Shown here in pieces: positions 29,372 to 39,275 of a stretch of 64,000 bases of DNA. The position numbers and the translations under genes are program-made. The notes beneath the pieces were generated by a model that made no database searches, was not told the origin of the DNA, and saw only the letters and a list, made by a program, of their open reading frames with translations. The DNA is from an uncultured Chlamydiae bacterium (lineage in GTDB: Bacteria > Chlamydiota > Chlamydiia > Chlamydiales > JAJFMA01). Within the stretch, counting starts at the first letter, position 1; every line of letters begins with the position of its first letter. The DNA is taken from assembly GCA_963713615.1 (NCBI GenBank), contig CAVQMM010000001.1:2720001-2784000 (forward strand). The letters are read 5' to 3'.

Positions 29372-30123
29372 GAGGTAATTGCAGAAGTCCGATTCTCCGA
29401 ATTCAATTTCCTGAAAATCGGATGCCGGTGAAGAGAGAGTCATTCCCTTCCCAGGCCCGAAGGGTCGATATTGCAACAGGCCATGGCATCGCCACATAGG
29501 CCTCAACCTAACAGGTCTTTTGAGCTTATATCTCAATGACTTAGGACTTCACAATCGTATCTCGGCGCGCAGCGCTTTGGAGTGCGGTCGCTTGCGACCG
29601 CTTTTCGTTCCTTGGGACGGCAATGCTAAACGGCATTGTATGGATTCGTCGAAGGCTGCATGTACTAACTATTTTACCCTTAGGGAATTATAGTGATGCC
29701 GTTGCACACGACCGTCGCAAGGAACCCAAAGCGGTCGCAAGCGACCGCACTCCAAAGCGCTGCGCGCCGAGATACGATTGTTAGGCTTAGGTTGAGGCCT
29801 ATGTGGCATCGCCATGGTATATGCCAAAACGGTTTTAGCAGCCTGTAGGGCTGCCATAAAGCGCATGCATAAATGGTGTTTGTAAACTGGCGTCTTGTAG
29901 CAGTCCTTCAGACTGCGAAATCCCTTCCTGGCATATACCATGGCGATGCCATGGCCTGTTGCAATATCGACCCTTCGGGCCTGGGAAGGGAGAAAAGCCT
30001 GTCTTTCCAGACTGGATAGTGCCATACCACTTAAGCTCTCTAGAATCGCCTTCTCACAAAAAAAGGTAACCTTTTTTCCCGAGAATCGATTCTCAAGGGC
30101 TCAAATAATTTTGCAATTACCTC
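29372..30123. mobile_element. Composite MITE family C, copy 2 (complete, 752 bp)
   Basis: 12-bp TIR GAGGTAATTGCA/TGCAATTACCTC; 5-bp TSD ATTAA; interrupts a 9-nt-period GTCCAT tandem repeat. Confidence 0.88.
29495..29803. mobile_element. IS4/IS231-like MITE family B, copy 2 (309 bp, inverted relative to copy 1)
   Basis: TIR CATAGGCCTCAACCTAA; 11-bp TSD TGGCATCGCCA (29484-29494, 29804-29814). Confidence 0.9.
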
Positions 30124-30344
30124 ATTAATGTCCATTTTTTCTGAAGCAAAAATGGACTTTATAGACAGTAATTGACCTTATAAACATTTATTAAACAAAA
30201 AAAATAAAAAACCTATCCAATGTTTCCTTCTTTTCTCCTATCTCTGTGCACTCTGTGTCCTCTGCGGTAAAAATCTTATTTCTCTCTCCTTTACAAAAAG
30301 CGACGCCTCTAGGTACCGTAGACGCATCTAAGAACGAGGACCTG

Positions 30345-31604
30345 ATGTTATTACGTATTTTACCGTTTCGTTTGCTATGTATTCTTCTGATGGCCTTTGG
30401 CAGTGCATGTGCTACTCCAGTACAAGTGGGTATTGACGTCCTCCTGAACGGCGAATACGACACCTTACTAAAGGGCAAGCGTCTGGGTCTCATCACCAAC
30501 CAAACAGCTCTCAACAGTCAGCGAATCCATACGATCGATTTATTGAAGTCAAACGCAAAAAAAAAGGGTTACCAACTCGTTGCATTGTTTGCGCCGGAAC
30601 ATGGGATTACAGGCGCAGCGTATGCATCTGCTAAGATTGCCGATGAAACAGATCCTGATGGTATTCCCATCTTTAGTCTTCATGGATCTTCCCACAGGCC
30701 TACTCCTGAAATGCTTCAAAAGATCGATCTGCTACTGTACGACATCCAGGATATAGGCTCTCGTTCCTATACCTTTGTATCGACGTTATTTTACGCGATG
30801 GAGGAAGCCGCGAAGCATTCCGTTCCTGTCATGGTTCTGGACCGTCCTAACCCTCTGAACGGCATCCTCGTAGACGGTCCAATTCTGGAGGAGCAATGGC
30901 GTTCCATTGTCGGCTATATCAATGTACCCTATTGTCATGGAATGACGGTTGGAGAATTGGCTTCCTATTTCAACAAAGAATACAACGTAGGGTGCCAGCT
31001 TACTGTTGTCCCAATGCGTGGATGGCGACGCGCCATGACCTTTCGTGACACAGGCCTTACATGGATCCCAACAAGTCCTAACATCCCTGAAGCGACTACT
31101 CCTTGGTTCTATCCTGCTACGGGAATTTTAGGAGAACTGCAGATCGTCAGCATTGGCATCGGCTACACACTGCCTTTTAAAGTCGTGGGAGCTCCTTGGA
31201 TCGACGCAGAGAGCTTTGCCGCCAAACTGAATGCCCAGAAGTTCCCTGGGGTTGCTTTTATTCCATTTCACTTTCGACCGTTTAGTGGTCGCTTTGCTCA
31301 AGAAGATTGTCACGGTGTGCTTTTGACCATCACAGACCCCCTACGATACAAGCCGGTGGAAACGCAGTACTTGCTAATTGGTATCCTTAAAAGTCTTTAT
31401 CCCGGGCCATTCGCGCATGCCCTAGAAGCCTCTAAGGGACGACGCGACATGTTCGCCAAAGTCAATGGCACCGACGAAGTGTATCGTATTATTAGCGAAG
31501 GTCAATATGTCGTTTGGCAACTCAAGGGTTTACATCAAAAAGAGCGCCAGGCCTTCTTGCAGAAGAGAAAACGATTCTTAATTCCCACCTACTCAGCTAC
31601 CTAA
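30345..31604 (+). CDS. Exo-beta-N-acetylmuramidase NamZ / DUF1343 family
   Basis: GLITNQT, LFAPEHG, YDIQDIGSRSYT, LDRPNP, HGMTVGELA, WIPTSPNIP; signal peptide; start at MLLRIL after GAGG. Confidence 0.88.
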   Translation: MLLRILPFRLLCILLMAFGSACATPVQVGIDVLLNGEYDTLLKGKRLGLITNQTALNSQRIHTIDLLKSNAKKKGYQLVALFAPEHGITGAAYASAKIADETDPDGIPIFSLHGSSHRPTPEMLQKIDLLLYDIQDIGSRSYTFVSTLFYAMEEAAKHSVPVMVLDRPNPLNGILVDGPILEEQWRSIVGYINVPYCHGMTVGELASYFNKEYNVGCQLTVVPMRGWRRAMTFRDTGLTWIPTSPNIPEATTPWFYPATGILGELQIVSIGIGYTLPFKVVGAPWIDAESFAAKLNAQKFPGVAFIPFHFRPFSGRFAQEDCHGVLLTITDPLRYKPVETQYLLIGILKSLYPGPFAHALEASKGRRDMFAKVNGTDEVYRIISEGQYVVWQLKGLHQKERQAFLQKRKRFLIPTYSAT

Positions 31605-31622
31605 GAATAAAAGGAATTGCCA

Positions 31623-32411
31623 ATGGCTACGAGGTTTGTGGATCTTTCGATACCTATCGATAACAACCCTGCTAGCGATCCTACGTGGATGCCTGTACAA
31701 GTCCGCTATTCTAGCCACAAAGAAACTGTGAATCAGCTTCAGCGAGCCTTTCCTGGCCTTACAGCAGACCAGCTCCCCGACAAAGAGGGTTGGGCCATTG
31801 AGCACATAAACCTTTGCACCCACAATGGCACCCACTTAGATGCTCCATATCACTATGCCTCCACTATGGATAAAGGCCAGCGCGCGATTACTATCGATGA
31901 GGTCCCGCTTGATTGGTGCTTTCGGCCAGGGATCAAACTAGATTTTCGTCATTTTCCAGATGGTTATGTCGCCGCAGCCAACGATGTTGCGGAAGAACTT
32001 GACCGCATTCAATATCAGATTCAGCCCTTCGACATTGTCCTGGTCAACACGCGTGCCGGATCGGTCTTCGGAACACAGGAATATCTGTCCGCAGGTTGTG
32101 GCATGGGGCGTGAGGCCACTCTTTTTTTAACTGAGCAAGGGGTGAAAGTCGCTGGAACCGATGCATGGAGCTGGGATGCGCCGTTTTCTCATACAGCCAA
32201 GCGCTTTGCTGCTACTGGAGATGCCAGTATGATATGGGAAGGTCATAAGGCTGGCAGGGAAATCGGTTACTGTCACCTCGAGAAATTGCACAATCTCGAA
32301 GTGTTGCCTTCGAAAGACTTTACCGTGGCATGCTTCCCTGTAAAGATAAGGGGCGCCTCAGCGGGGTGGACTCGGGCCGTTGCTATGCTGCCTGAATATA
32401 CCGGCATTTAG
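31623..32411 (+). CDS. Cyclase family (kynurenine formamidase-like) metal hydrolase
   Basis: THNGTHLDAPYH motif, GTDAWSWD, HLEKLHNL. Confidence 0.88.
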   Translation: MATRFVDLSIPIDNNPASDPTWMPVQVRYSSHKETVNQLQRAFPGLTADQLPDKEGWAIEHINLCTHNGTHLDAPYHYASTMDKGQRAITIDEVPLDWCFRPGIKLDFRHFPDGYVAAANDVAEELDRIQYQIQPFDIVLVNTRAGSVFGTQEYLSAGCGMGREATLFLTEQGVKVAGTDAWSWDAPFSHTAKRFAATGDASMIWEGHKAGREIGYCHLEKLHNLEVLPSKDFTVACFPVKIRGASAGWTRAVAMLPEYTGI

Positions 32412-32597
32412 TTGAATTTCGAATTCGAAAACACAACTCTTAGATTTTCAATGCTTCACAAAAAACGCTTTCACTCAATCACAAGACACTACTCCCCAAT
32501 CACTAAACAAACAGCTAATTAACATTTACAATTAAACATACTTAATATATAGTGATGTTTTAAATTAACATTCCTAAATAAATATAGAAGGAAGATC

Positions 32598-33914
32598 ATG
32601 CAAAATACTCCCTCACTTAATCCATCCATGTCAAAGTCATACACAAGTGACTATTTCTCTATCCTTCAAGTAAAAGACATTTATACTACTCAAACAAGTA
32701 ATGCTCTACGTTTAGGACTGCAAGAAACTAAGGATTATAGCAATCTCTATCTAATCCACTCAACGTGCTACTTTCCTGAGAATGGTACGATCAAAACTAG
32801 GCTAGGCTACGAACTTCCGGACGAAATTGCAGGATTGAAAGATGTTATAGAACCGATATTTAGCATCTTAAGACCCACAGTACACTTTACGGTCAACCAT
32901 GTGGTAGAAGCTCATTCAGATTATCGAAAGAAGCATGATAATAGCTATATCATCATTGAACCGTTTAACCAAGTTGCTGACCAAGTAGTAGGTGGATATC
33001 TTGAAGATGTCTTCAGCATTGGCACCTATGAACTTACAGATCAGGCTACCATTTTAGTGCCCGAGGCGTTGCAACATGAGCCTAGAACAAAAGAAAACCT
33101 TGCGAATCTCTCCAATAATATTAAAGTTATTTTCTATTCCGGAAATGCAGCAAAAGCAACAAACCTGTGGCTTCAAGAAAACCATGCAAGCAAAATCACA
33201 TCTTTTATTGATGATCCTAATATGCCTCAATTCATTCAAAAGATCGATAGTGACAAATACATTTCAAGTAAATCGCTTATGGATTCCTTAGGGAAAAATT
33301 TTGTATCGCACGATTTGACACCTACCGCTCAAATCGAAAATTCTATTGCGGGTAGGATTTGCACTAATAAACCTCCATTTATTGAATTGATTAAACAATC
33401 TGGATACCGATCCGCATGCAATTTAATCAAAGAATACACTCAAGCTACTAGATCTGTTTATAAACTTACAAGCAGTCAGGTTGAGTTTATTAATTTATAT
33501 GAAGAATCAATTTTACGAGCTCTGACGATCTTTAATAATTCAGTGTCCTTTGATGACCTGAGCTTGAATTTTTCCTTTGATAGTGAATTGATTATGCAAT
33601 TTGATTCGAAAATCGCATTAGACAGACAAATTGATAATCATCAAACAGCTCACGAACTCTCTGAAATATCAAAGCTACCCTTCGTAGCCTATTATAGAGC
33701 TAATTGCAACACCGTCGTTGACGCGGCGTTTCGCCTTGAACCGCACCACGCAAACCATAGCCAGATCGCTCAGATACTAAGTTTGATGCTCAACCTTAAC
33801 TTCACAATAAGTAAACAAACAAAACACACGTATGTCGTTTTGAGGGAAGTAAATAACCCTGTAATAGCAAGATCGATTTATAATGTGGCTCATCAGCCCA
33901 TAAAACCAAATTGA
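32598..33914 (+). CDS. Hypothetical protein, AT-rich
   Basis: 438-aa ORF, AAGGAAG RBS, AT-rich upstream region; no recognised motif. Confidence 0.7.
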   Translation: MQNTPSLNPSMSKSYTSDYFSILQVKDIYTTQTSNALRLGLQETKDYSNLYLIHSTCYFPENGTIKTRLGYELPDEIAGLKDVIEPIFSILRPTVHFTVNHVVEAHSDYRKKHDNSYIIIEPFNQVADQVVGGYLEDVFSIGTYELTDQATILVPEALQHEPRTKENLANLSNNIKVIFYSGNAAKATNLWLQENHASKITSFIDDPNMPQFIQKIDSDKYISSKSLMDSLGKNFVSHDLTPTAQIENSIAGRICTNKPPFIELIKQSGYRSACNLIKEYTQATRSVYKLTSSQVEFINLYEESILRALTIFNNSVSFDDLSLNFSFDSELIMQFDSKIALDRQIDNHQTAHELSEISKLPFVAYYRANCNTVVDAAFRLEPHHANHSQIAQILSLMLNLNFTISKQTKHTYVVLREVNNPVIARSIYNVAHQPIKPN

Positions 33915-33946
33915 TGAAGCTCTTGTAACGGCGTGCGATTCAATAG

Positions 33947-34106
33947 GGCCTTGTTCACCTTTACGGTCAGAATTTCGGTCGGACGAAAAAGGTCGGATGT
34001 CGTGGTTTGTGACGAGGGCATAGCGCCAGCTATGTCCGAGGAGCAAAACGCGACAGACGATCCTTTTGCAGTCGACCGAAAACTGACCGCAAAGGTGAAT
34101 AAGGCC
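33947..34106. mobile_element. MITE family A, copy 3
   Basis: Near-identical to the 1241 copy; perfect 8-bp TSD TTCAATAG. Confidence 0.92.
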
Positions 34107-34311
34107 TTCAATAGGCTCGCCCAAATCCAAAGCGGTCGCGAGCACGCACTTCCAAGTAGCAAGGCGTTAGTGGGGTTACAAATTCGTAACAAAGGAAGGA
34201 AGAGAGCAGAATAGGGAGGATTACATCGGGCAGGGGCAAGGGCACGCACACGGGCACGAAGAAGCCTCTTTAGCGTTACTTTTGGATATTGGCGACGCAG
34301 TCGGTTGGGGC

Positions 34312-35754
34312 CTATGCTGCTAATGGAAGAACGGCTTTTTCGTTTGGCACAACCGTCAGTTCTGACATGCTACGACCAAGAACCTTGGCAGCACCAAGCC
34401 AACTAGCAATGGCCAGGATAATGATTACAGCGAGAAGTGGTACTCCGCCACCAATGGTTGCGAAGATCATCACTAGACCTTGGTGTACCACTGAGGCCAT
34501 CGATCTGCCCAAACGAGACCCCAGACCATCCACAGCGGCTTTACCCTGAGCCTTGATGTGAGATTCAAGAGGAATAAAGGCCAAGTCTTTACTGACGTCT
34601 AACAGAGAGTGCTTGCTGGCCCTGCCAGCACTGAATTGTACCGCTCCAACCATCACCGCAACAGTCATCAGAGTCGTGGTTTCAAATGGCAAGTATTCTC
34701 GCATTAATAAAAGCCCAAAGAAAACAACGCTACATCCCAGTAGGAAGATGGGGCTTATCATGGCTGTCTTGGTCCATCCAAAACGATCTAATAACGTGGG
34801 GGCAACCATTGCTAACAGGACTGTTAGTATTCCACATACCGTCGAAGTATGGCCTAAAAAGGTATTGTATTGATTGAAATCCGCATAGACCTCTTTGACT
34901 TCCGCCTTCCACACGAGTTCAAATAAGTTCATTACCAAATTGTAAGCAATAACCATCACAGCGAGACATAGAAGATGGCGATTCTGAAGGAGTTGATGCA
35001 GCTGTTGTAGGGCTCCCACGTTCATCTGATGCTTCGACGGTGATTTTCCAGCTTTGCCTAGTCCTACAACATAGGAACTCAATAGCCAGCGAAAGAGAAA
35101 AATTGTAGTCAAACATCCCGCGATGATAATTGTAGAAAGCCCATACACAGAGAAGTTGGGCATGACATTACCAACGAGGACAGAGACTTGCCCACCCACA
35201 GCAGCCCCTAAAGCACCTCCAATACGTACCCATGAATAGGATTTCTGCGCTTCGTCTAGAGGTGTAATTTCGTTTGCCAAGCTCCAAAAGATGACTGAAG
35301 TGACCATGCATGCCCATAGCTCACCGACGACAAAAAACAGAGAAAGTGTCCAATTGCGCATCATTGCTACAAAGCCCTTTAAACCCGTTGGAAGCAAGGA
35401 ACTGGCTGCCTCAGCGTAGCTCCGCGGTTCAATGATGTCGCGATAAGGGTAAAGAACGCAGGCGAAGAGAATAAAGAAGGCTAAGAAGCCTATGAGCAGC
35501 TTATAAATAACAGTGACTAGTCCTTGACGCTTTAGGGATGTACTAAACCACAGCGTTACTACACAGGTCAAAGGAAGCAACAACCACAGTTGAATAAATG
35601 GGATGACTTCAGCACCAGATCCTTCTGCTGTTATCACCAAAGCGTCTTTCATGGCGTGCAGTATGTTGTGAACGACACAAATGATGAAGAATATGATACT
35701 CATTAGTACCACTCTCTGACCGGATTTTTCTGCTGCTCCTTCAAAATTGGGCAC
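34312..35754 (-). CDS. Npt/TLC nucleotide transporter, divergent paralogue 5
   Basis: MKDALVIT, AEVIPFI, GELW, FWSLANEI, KAAVDGLGSRLG. Confidence 0.88.
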   Translation of the reverse strand: MPNFEGAAEKSGQRVVLMSIIFFIICVVHNILHAMKDALVITAEGSGAEVIPFIQLWLLLPLTCVVTLWFSTSLKRQGLVTVIYKLLIGFLAFFILFACVLYPYRDIIEPRSYAEAASSLLPTGLKGFVAMMRNWTLSLFFVVGELWACMVTSVIFWSLANEITPLDEAQKSYSWVRIGGALGAAVGGQVSVLVGNVMPNFSVYGLSTIIIAGCLTTIFLFRWLLSSYVVGLGKAGKSPSKHQMNVGALQQLHQLLQNRHLLCLAVMVIAYNLVMNLFELVWKAEVKEVYADFNQYNTFLGHTSTVCGILTVLLAMVAPTLLDRFGWTKTAMISPIFLLGCSVVFFGLLLMREYLPFETTTLMTVAVMVGAVQFSAGRASKHSLLDVSKDLAFIPLESHIKAQGKAAVDGLGSRLGRSMASVVHQGLVMIFATIGGGVPLLAVIIILAIASWLGAAKVLGRSMSELTVVPNEKAVLPLAA

Positions 35755-35782
35755 TTATTTGTCTTCCTCCCTCTACACTATA

Positions 35783-37255
35783 TTATGCGGCTGCTCTGAC
35801 AGCGTCAGAAATGTTCTTCTCATTATCTCCATCTGCCTGATCACTAAACTTTCCAAATTGAATCCCTAGGTACTTAACAGCACCAATCCACACCACCAGG
35901 GATGTCAGCAGAACTAGCCCAACCATCGGAATGCTATTTGAGATCGTGGTAAACATAATAATGAAGACCTGATGGAATCCTGCGGAAGCACACCGTCCAA
36001 GGCGAGAAAGACCACCATCTATCGCTGCTTTGCTTTTGAGCTTGATAGCTGGATCAACAGGAATAAAGGCCATGTCCTTAGTACCATCAAGGACCGAATG
36101 CTTGGTTACGCGTGCTACAATTTCCATTAGGCCCCCTAGGAGCACACCAATTGTCAGTAGAATACTGGCGTGCGTCGGGAAGAAGTCAGTAAGGTATAGA
36201 GCGGTAAGAAATGCAAATCCGGTAACAAGCAACGAAATTGGGCAGATCATGGCTGTCTTTGTCCATCCCAAACGTGCCAATATGCGGGGAAACATCGACG
36301 CTACAACAATGGAGCCAATGCCAATCACAATGGTGATGTATCCCAAGTAGCGATTATAACTGCTGAAATCGGAGAAAACGTGTTTTAGTTGATCCTTCCA
36401 CACCAATTCTCCTACATTCAAAACAAGATTATATCCCAGAACAATGATACCAATGCTCAGGAGATAAGGAGATCTAAAAATGGATGCCAAAGCTTCGATG
36501 AGCCCGTCTTTCTTCGATCTATCGCGCGCATTAGCTTCATGACGAATAACATCGTACTCGGAGCCTACAAGGATCTGGGTTGTCATCCGGTGAAAAAGCA
36601 CCAACATGCCCAGTCCCATTGCTAAAACGACTGCCATCAATCCATAAACGGACATTTCCACCGAAAGATCACCCGCAGCCAAGGGCACAAGACCTGCTAG
36701 AGTAGCTCCTAGGTTACCCCCCATCATGTACACCCCATAGGAACGTCTGGCCGATGAGAGGCTGGAAATCGTGTTAGCAAAGCCCCAAAATAAAACCGCT
36801 GTAACCGTTGAGGCCCACAGTTCACCAACCGTATAAAAAGCACTAAAGGTCCAATTGCGAATCATACCCACCATGCCGTGCAAACCAGAGGGCATCCAGA
36901 TCAAGGTATCGTTCGCAAATGCCTGTGGATGTAAAACATCGCGTAGTGGGTAAAGAACCAAGGCAAAAAGAGCGAAAAAACCGAGAAAACTGCCAACGAC
37001 CACATAGAAAAGTGTAATTTGATTGTAACGACTCGCTAGACGAGTAAAGGCCCATGTAACAAACAATGTTGCTGGAAGCATCATCCAAATTTGAATGAAG
37101 GGTATCACCTCGGTAGCCGATCCCTCAGCCGTGATCACTAAGGCATCTTTCATGTTGCGGATGATGGAATGGATAAAGCAGATGAGGAAAAATATGAGAG
37201 TCATGAACAAAGTAATCCTACAACCAAGGCCTAACCTGTTGCGGATCCGAATCAT
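35783..37255 (-). CDS. Npt/TLC nucleotide transporter, divergent paralogue 4
   Basis: RNMKDALVIT, GELW, FWGFAN, KDMAFIP, KAAIDG. Confidence 0.88.
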   Translation of the reverse strand: MIRIRNRLGLGCRITLFMTLIFFLICFIHSIIRNMKDALVITAEGSATEVIPFIQIWMMLPATLFVTWAFTRLASRYNQITLFYVVVGSFLGFFALFALVLYPLRDVLHPQAFANDTLIWMPSGLHGMVGMIRNWTFSAFYTVGELWASTVTAVLFWGFANTISSLSSARRSYGVYMMGGNLGATLAGLVPLAAGDLSVEMSVYGLMAVVLAMGLGMLVLFHRMTTQILVGSEYDVIRHEANARDRSKKDGLIEALASIFRSPYLLSIGIIVLGYNLVLNVGELVWKDQLKHVFSDFSSYNRYLGYITIVIGIGSIVVASMFPRILARLGWTKTAMICPISLLVTGFAFLTALYLTDFFPTHASILLTIGVLLGGLMEIVARVTKHSVLDGTKDMAFIPVDPAIKLKSKAAIDGGLSRLGRCASAGFHQVFIIMFTTISNSIPMVGLVLLTSLVVWIGAVKYLGIQFGKFSDQADGDNEKNISDAVRAAA

Positions 37256-37404
37256 ACACCCTCGTACGTTCTATTTAATTAACAAGCCTAACAATTCTCC
37301 ACCAATTTTAATACAATATACAATTAAAGTAAAGACAAACGAATTAAATCAAGAAGCGCATTGTAAATAACCAAACAACGTATAGACTACTAGTGACTAT
37401 TGCA

Positions 37405-38916
37405 TTAAGCTGCTTGTGCAAGGTTTTTGCAGGCTGAACTATTCTTAACAGACTGTTGGGTAAGATCCGCAAACTGATATCCCAGAGAACACGCAGAGAC
37501 AACCCACACAAAAATACAACCCGTTATAATGACGAAGATCATAGGCATACTTTGACCAAGGCTGCTAAAGACTATAATACATAGTTGTTGAACGATGGCA
37601 GAGCCCGAAATAGCTATACGAGATAACGCCCCATCAATGACAGCCTTGCTTTTGAGTTTCAACTCGGTCTCCAGGGGAATAAAAGCCAAATCCTTGGTTC
37701 CATCAAATACCGAATACTTCGTCATGCGCCCCAGAACTTCCATTAAACCACCGGTAAGAACAACAATACCTAGTATGGTGACCGACTCAAAAGGCAAGTA
37801 GCTGCCAAAGCAGAGTATACCGAAGAAACAGACACTTGCCACACCTGTCGACGCTGGACATAACATAGCGGTTGCAGTCCATCCCAAAGTATTTAGGATG
37901 CGGGGTAGAAAACCAGCCAAAATCATGGCTCCTACCCCAATGGCTGTGGTGGTATAGCCCAAATAGTTGTTGTAAGCATTAAAGTCCCCACATACTCGTT
38001 TGAGCTGATCTTTCCAAACTACCCCGCCAATACTATTCACAAAGTTAAAGGCAAAAACAATGACCGCTAGGCACAGAAGGTAACGATTGCAGATGAGCAT
38101 ACGAAGAGATACTAAAAGAGAAATTTTCTCAGGTTTTTCACTTGGATCTATCACCTGGTGAATACAATCATACTCCGATCCTATGAGAACATAACGGGTC
38201 AGCCATTGAAACACCGCTAACGAGACTAATCCGGAGACTATAATCACGACTAACAGGATATAGATCGATAGTTCGGGGGAAATTCCACCTACAAGAGGAG
38301 GGATCAGGCCCGCCATCGTAGCCCCCAGATTGCCACCCATCGCATAAAGACCATAGGATCGTTTAGCTTGTTGCAAGTTACTAATTGCATTGGCAAAGCT
38401 CCAAAAGAGAACGGATGTTACCATACTTCCCCACAACTCACTCATTGTAAAAAAAGCACTGAATGACCAATTACGTAACATGCCTACCAGGCCGCGCAAC
38501 CCATTCGGCAATTGAGCTGATGCACCCAAAGCAAACTCATGCAGATGTATGAAATCGCGTAGAGGATATAAAACGCACGTGAATACGACAAAGAAAGCTA
38601 AGAATCCACCCAACACCAACTGAAACAACGTCCTTTGACTATAGCGAGATGCCAAGTAGGTAAAGACCCAAGTAGCCAATAATGTTGCCGGTAGCAGCAT
38701 CCAAAGTTGAATAAAAGGAATGACCTCAACATCAGCCCCCTCAGCTGTTATAACTAGGGAGTCCTTCATAATTCGCAAAAGTGAACGAACAATGCAAAGC
38801 AAGAAGCAGATTAGAGTCATCGCAAGGGTGATTTGACATTCGAGACCTAACCTCTGACGAATCCAGTTCAATAGGTTCCCGAAATTGGTTCCAATAAATC
38901 TAGCCACAACCACCAA
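37405..38916 (-). CDS. Npt/TLC nucleotide transporter, divergent paralogue 3
   Basis: MKDSLVIT, SELWGS, KYSVFDGTKDLAFIPL; start uncertain. Confidence 0.88.
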   Translation of the reverse strand: MVVVARFIGTNFGNLLNWIRQRLGLECQITLAMTLICFLLCIVRSLLRIMKDSLVITAEGADVEVIPFIQLWMLLPATLLATWVFTYLASRYSQRTLFQLVLGGFLAFFVVFTCVLYPLRDFIHLHEFALGASAQLPNGLRGLVGMLRNWSFSAFFTMSELWGSMVTSVLFWSFANAISNLQQAKRSYGLYAMGGNLGATMAGLIPPLVGGISPELSIYILLVVIIVSGLVSLAVFQWLTRYVLIGSEYDCIHQVIDPSEKPEKISLLVSLRMLICNRYLLCLAVIVFAFNFVNSIGGVVWKDQLKRVCGDFNAYNNYLGYTTTAIGVGAMILAGFLPRILNTLGWTATAMLCPASTGVASVCFFGILCFGSYLPFESVTILGIVVLTGGLMEVLGRMTKYSVFDGTKDLAFIPLETELKLKSKAVIDGALSRIAISGSAIVQQLCIIVFSSLGQSMPMIFVIITGCIFVWVVSACSLGYQFADLTQQSVKNSSACKNLAQAA

Positions 38917-39018
38917 AGGCTAATTAATTTAGTTTTATAAGTTACAATTTTATATAATTAAAATCAATGCATTTTAACACTCATAAGTTAAATTAAATAA
39001 TAAATACTTTCAAAACTA

Positions 39019-39248
39019 GGCTCTTGGAAGGAATTGGGGTGCTTTGGAATCACAATCGTCAATCGTGGCGAAGCGCTTTGGAGCCCCAACCGACTGCGTC
39101 GCCAATATCCGAAAGTAACGCTAAAAAAGCCCCACGAGCTTCTATGCGCTCGCGCTGCGCGCCGAGTGACGATTGTGACTCCAAAGCGTAGCACATCTAT
39201 TCGATGGTTTGTGGCAGCAAAAAGCTCCCCCAATTCTTCCCAAGAACC
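39019..39248. mobile_element. MITE with ISL3-like ends carrying REP fragments
   Basis: Ends GGCTCTTGGAAGGAATTGGGG / CCCCCAATTCTTCCCAAGAACC; inner IR GCTTTGGAATCACAATCGTC / GACGATTGTGACTCCAAAGC; no clear TSD. Confidence 0.7.
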
Positions 39249-39275
39249 TTATAAAATCCTGTTTTTCATCCGCTG

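Larger units (their letters stand above)
29257..30275. repeat. Family D inverted doublet (ACCACAGAGGACACAGAG arms) enclosing nested elements
   Basis: Left arm ~29257-29335 and right arm ~30185-30275 are imperfect reverse complements. Confidence 0.8.

Noticed and set aside
4908..30275. Recurrent ~30-50-bp repeats as a possible CRISPR array
   Set aside because: The repeats are dispersed and inverted, not direct repeats with unique regular spacers; no cas genes
34227..34259. GGGCAC-type short repeats after a degenerate REP copy
   Set aside because: Too short and degenerate to define an element; noted only as similar to the flank at ~15555-15578
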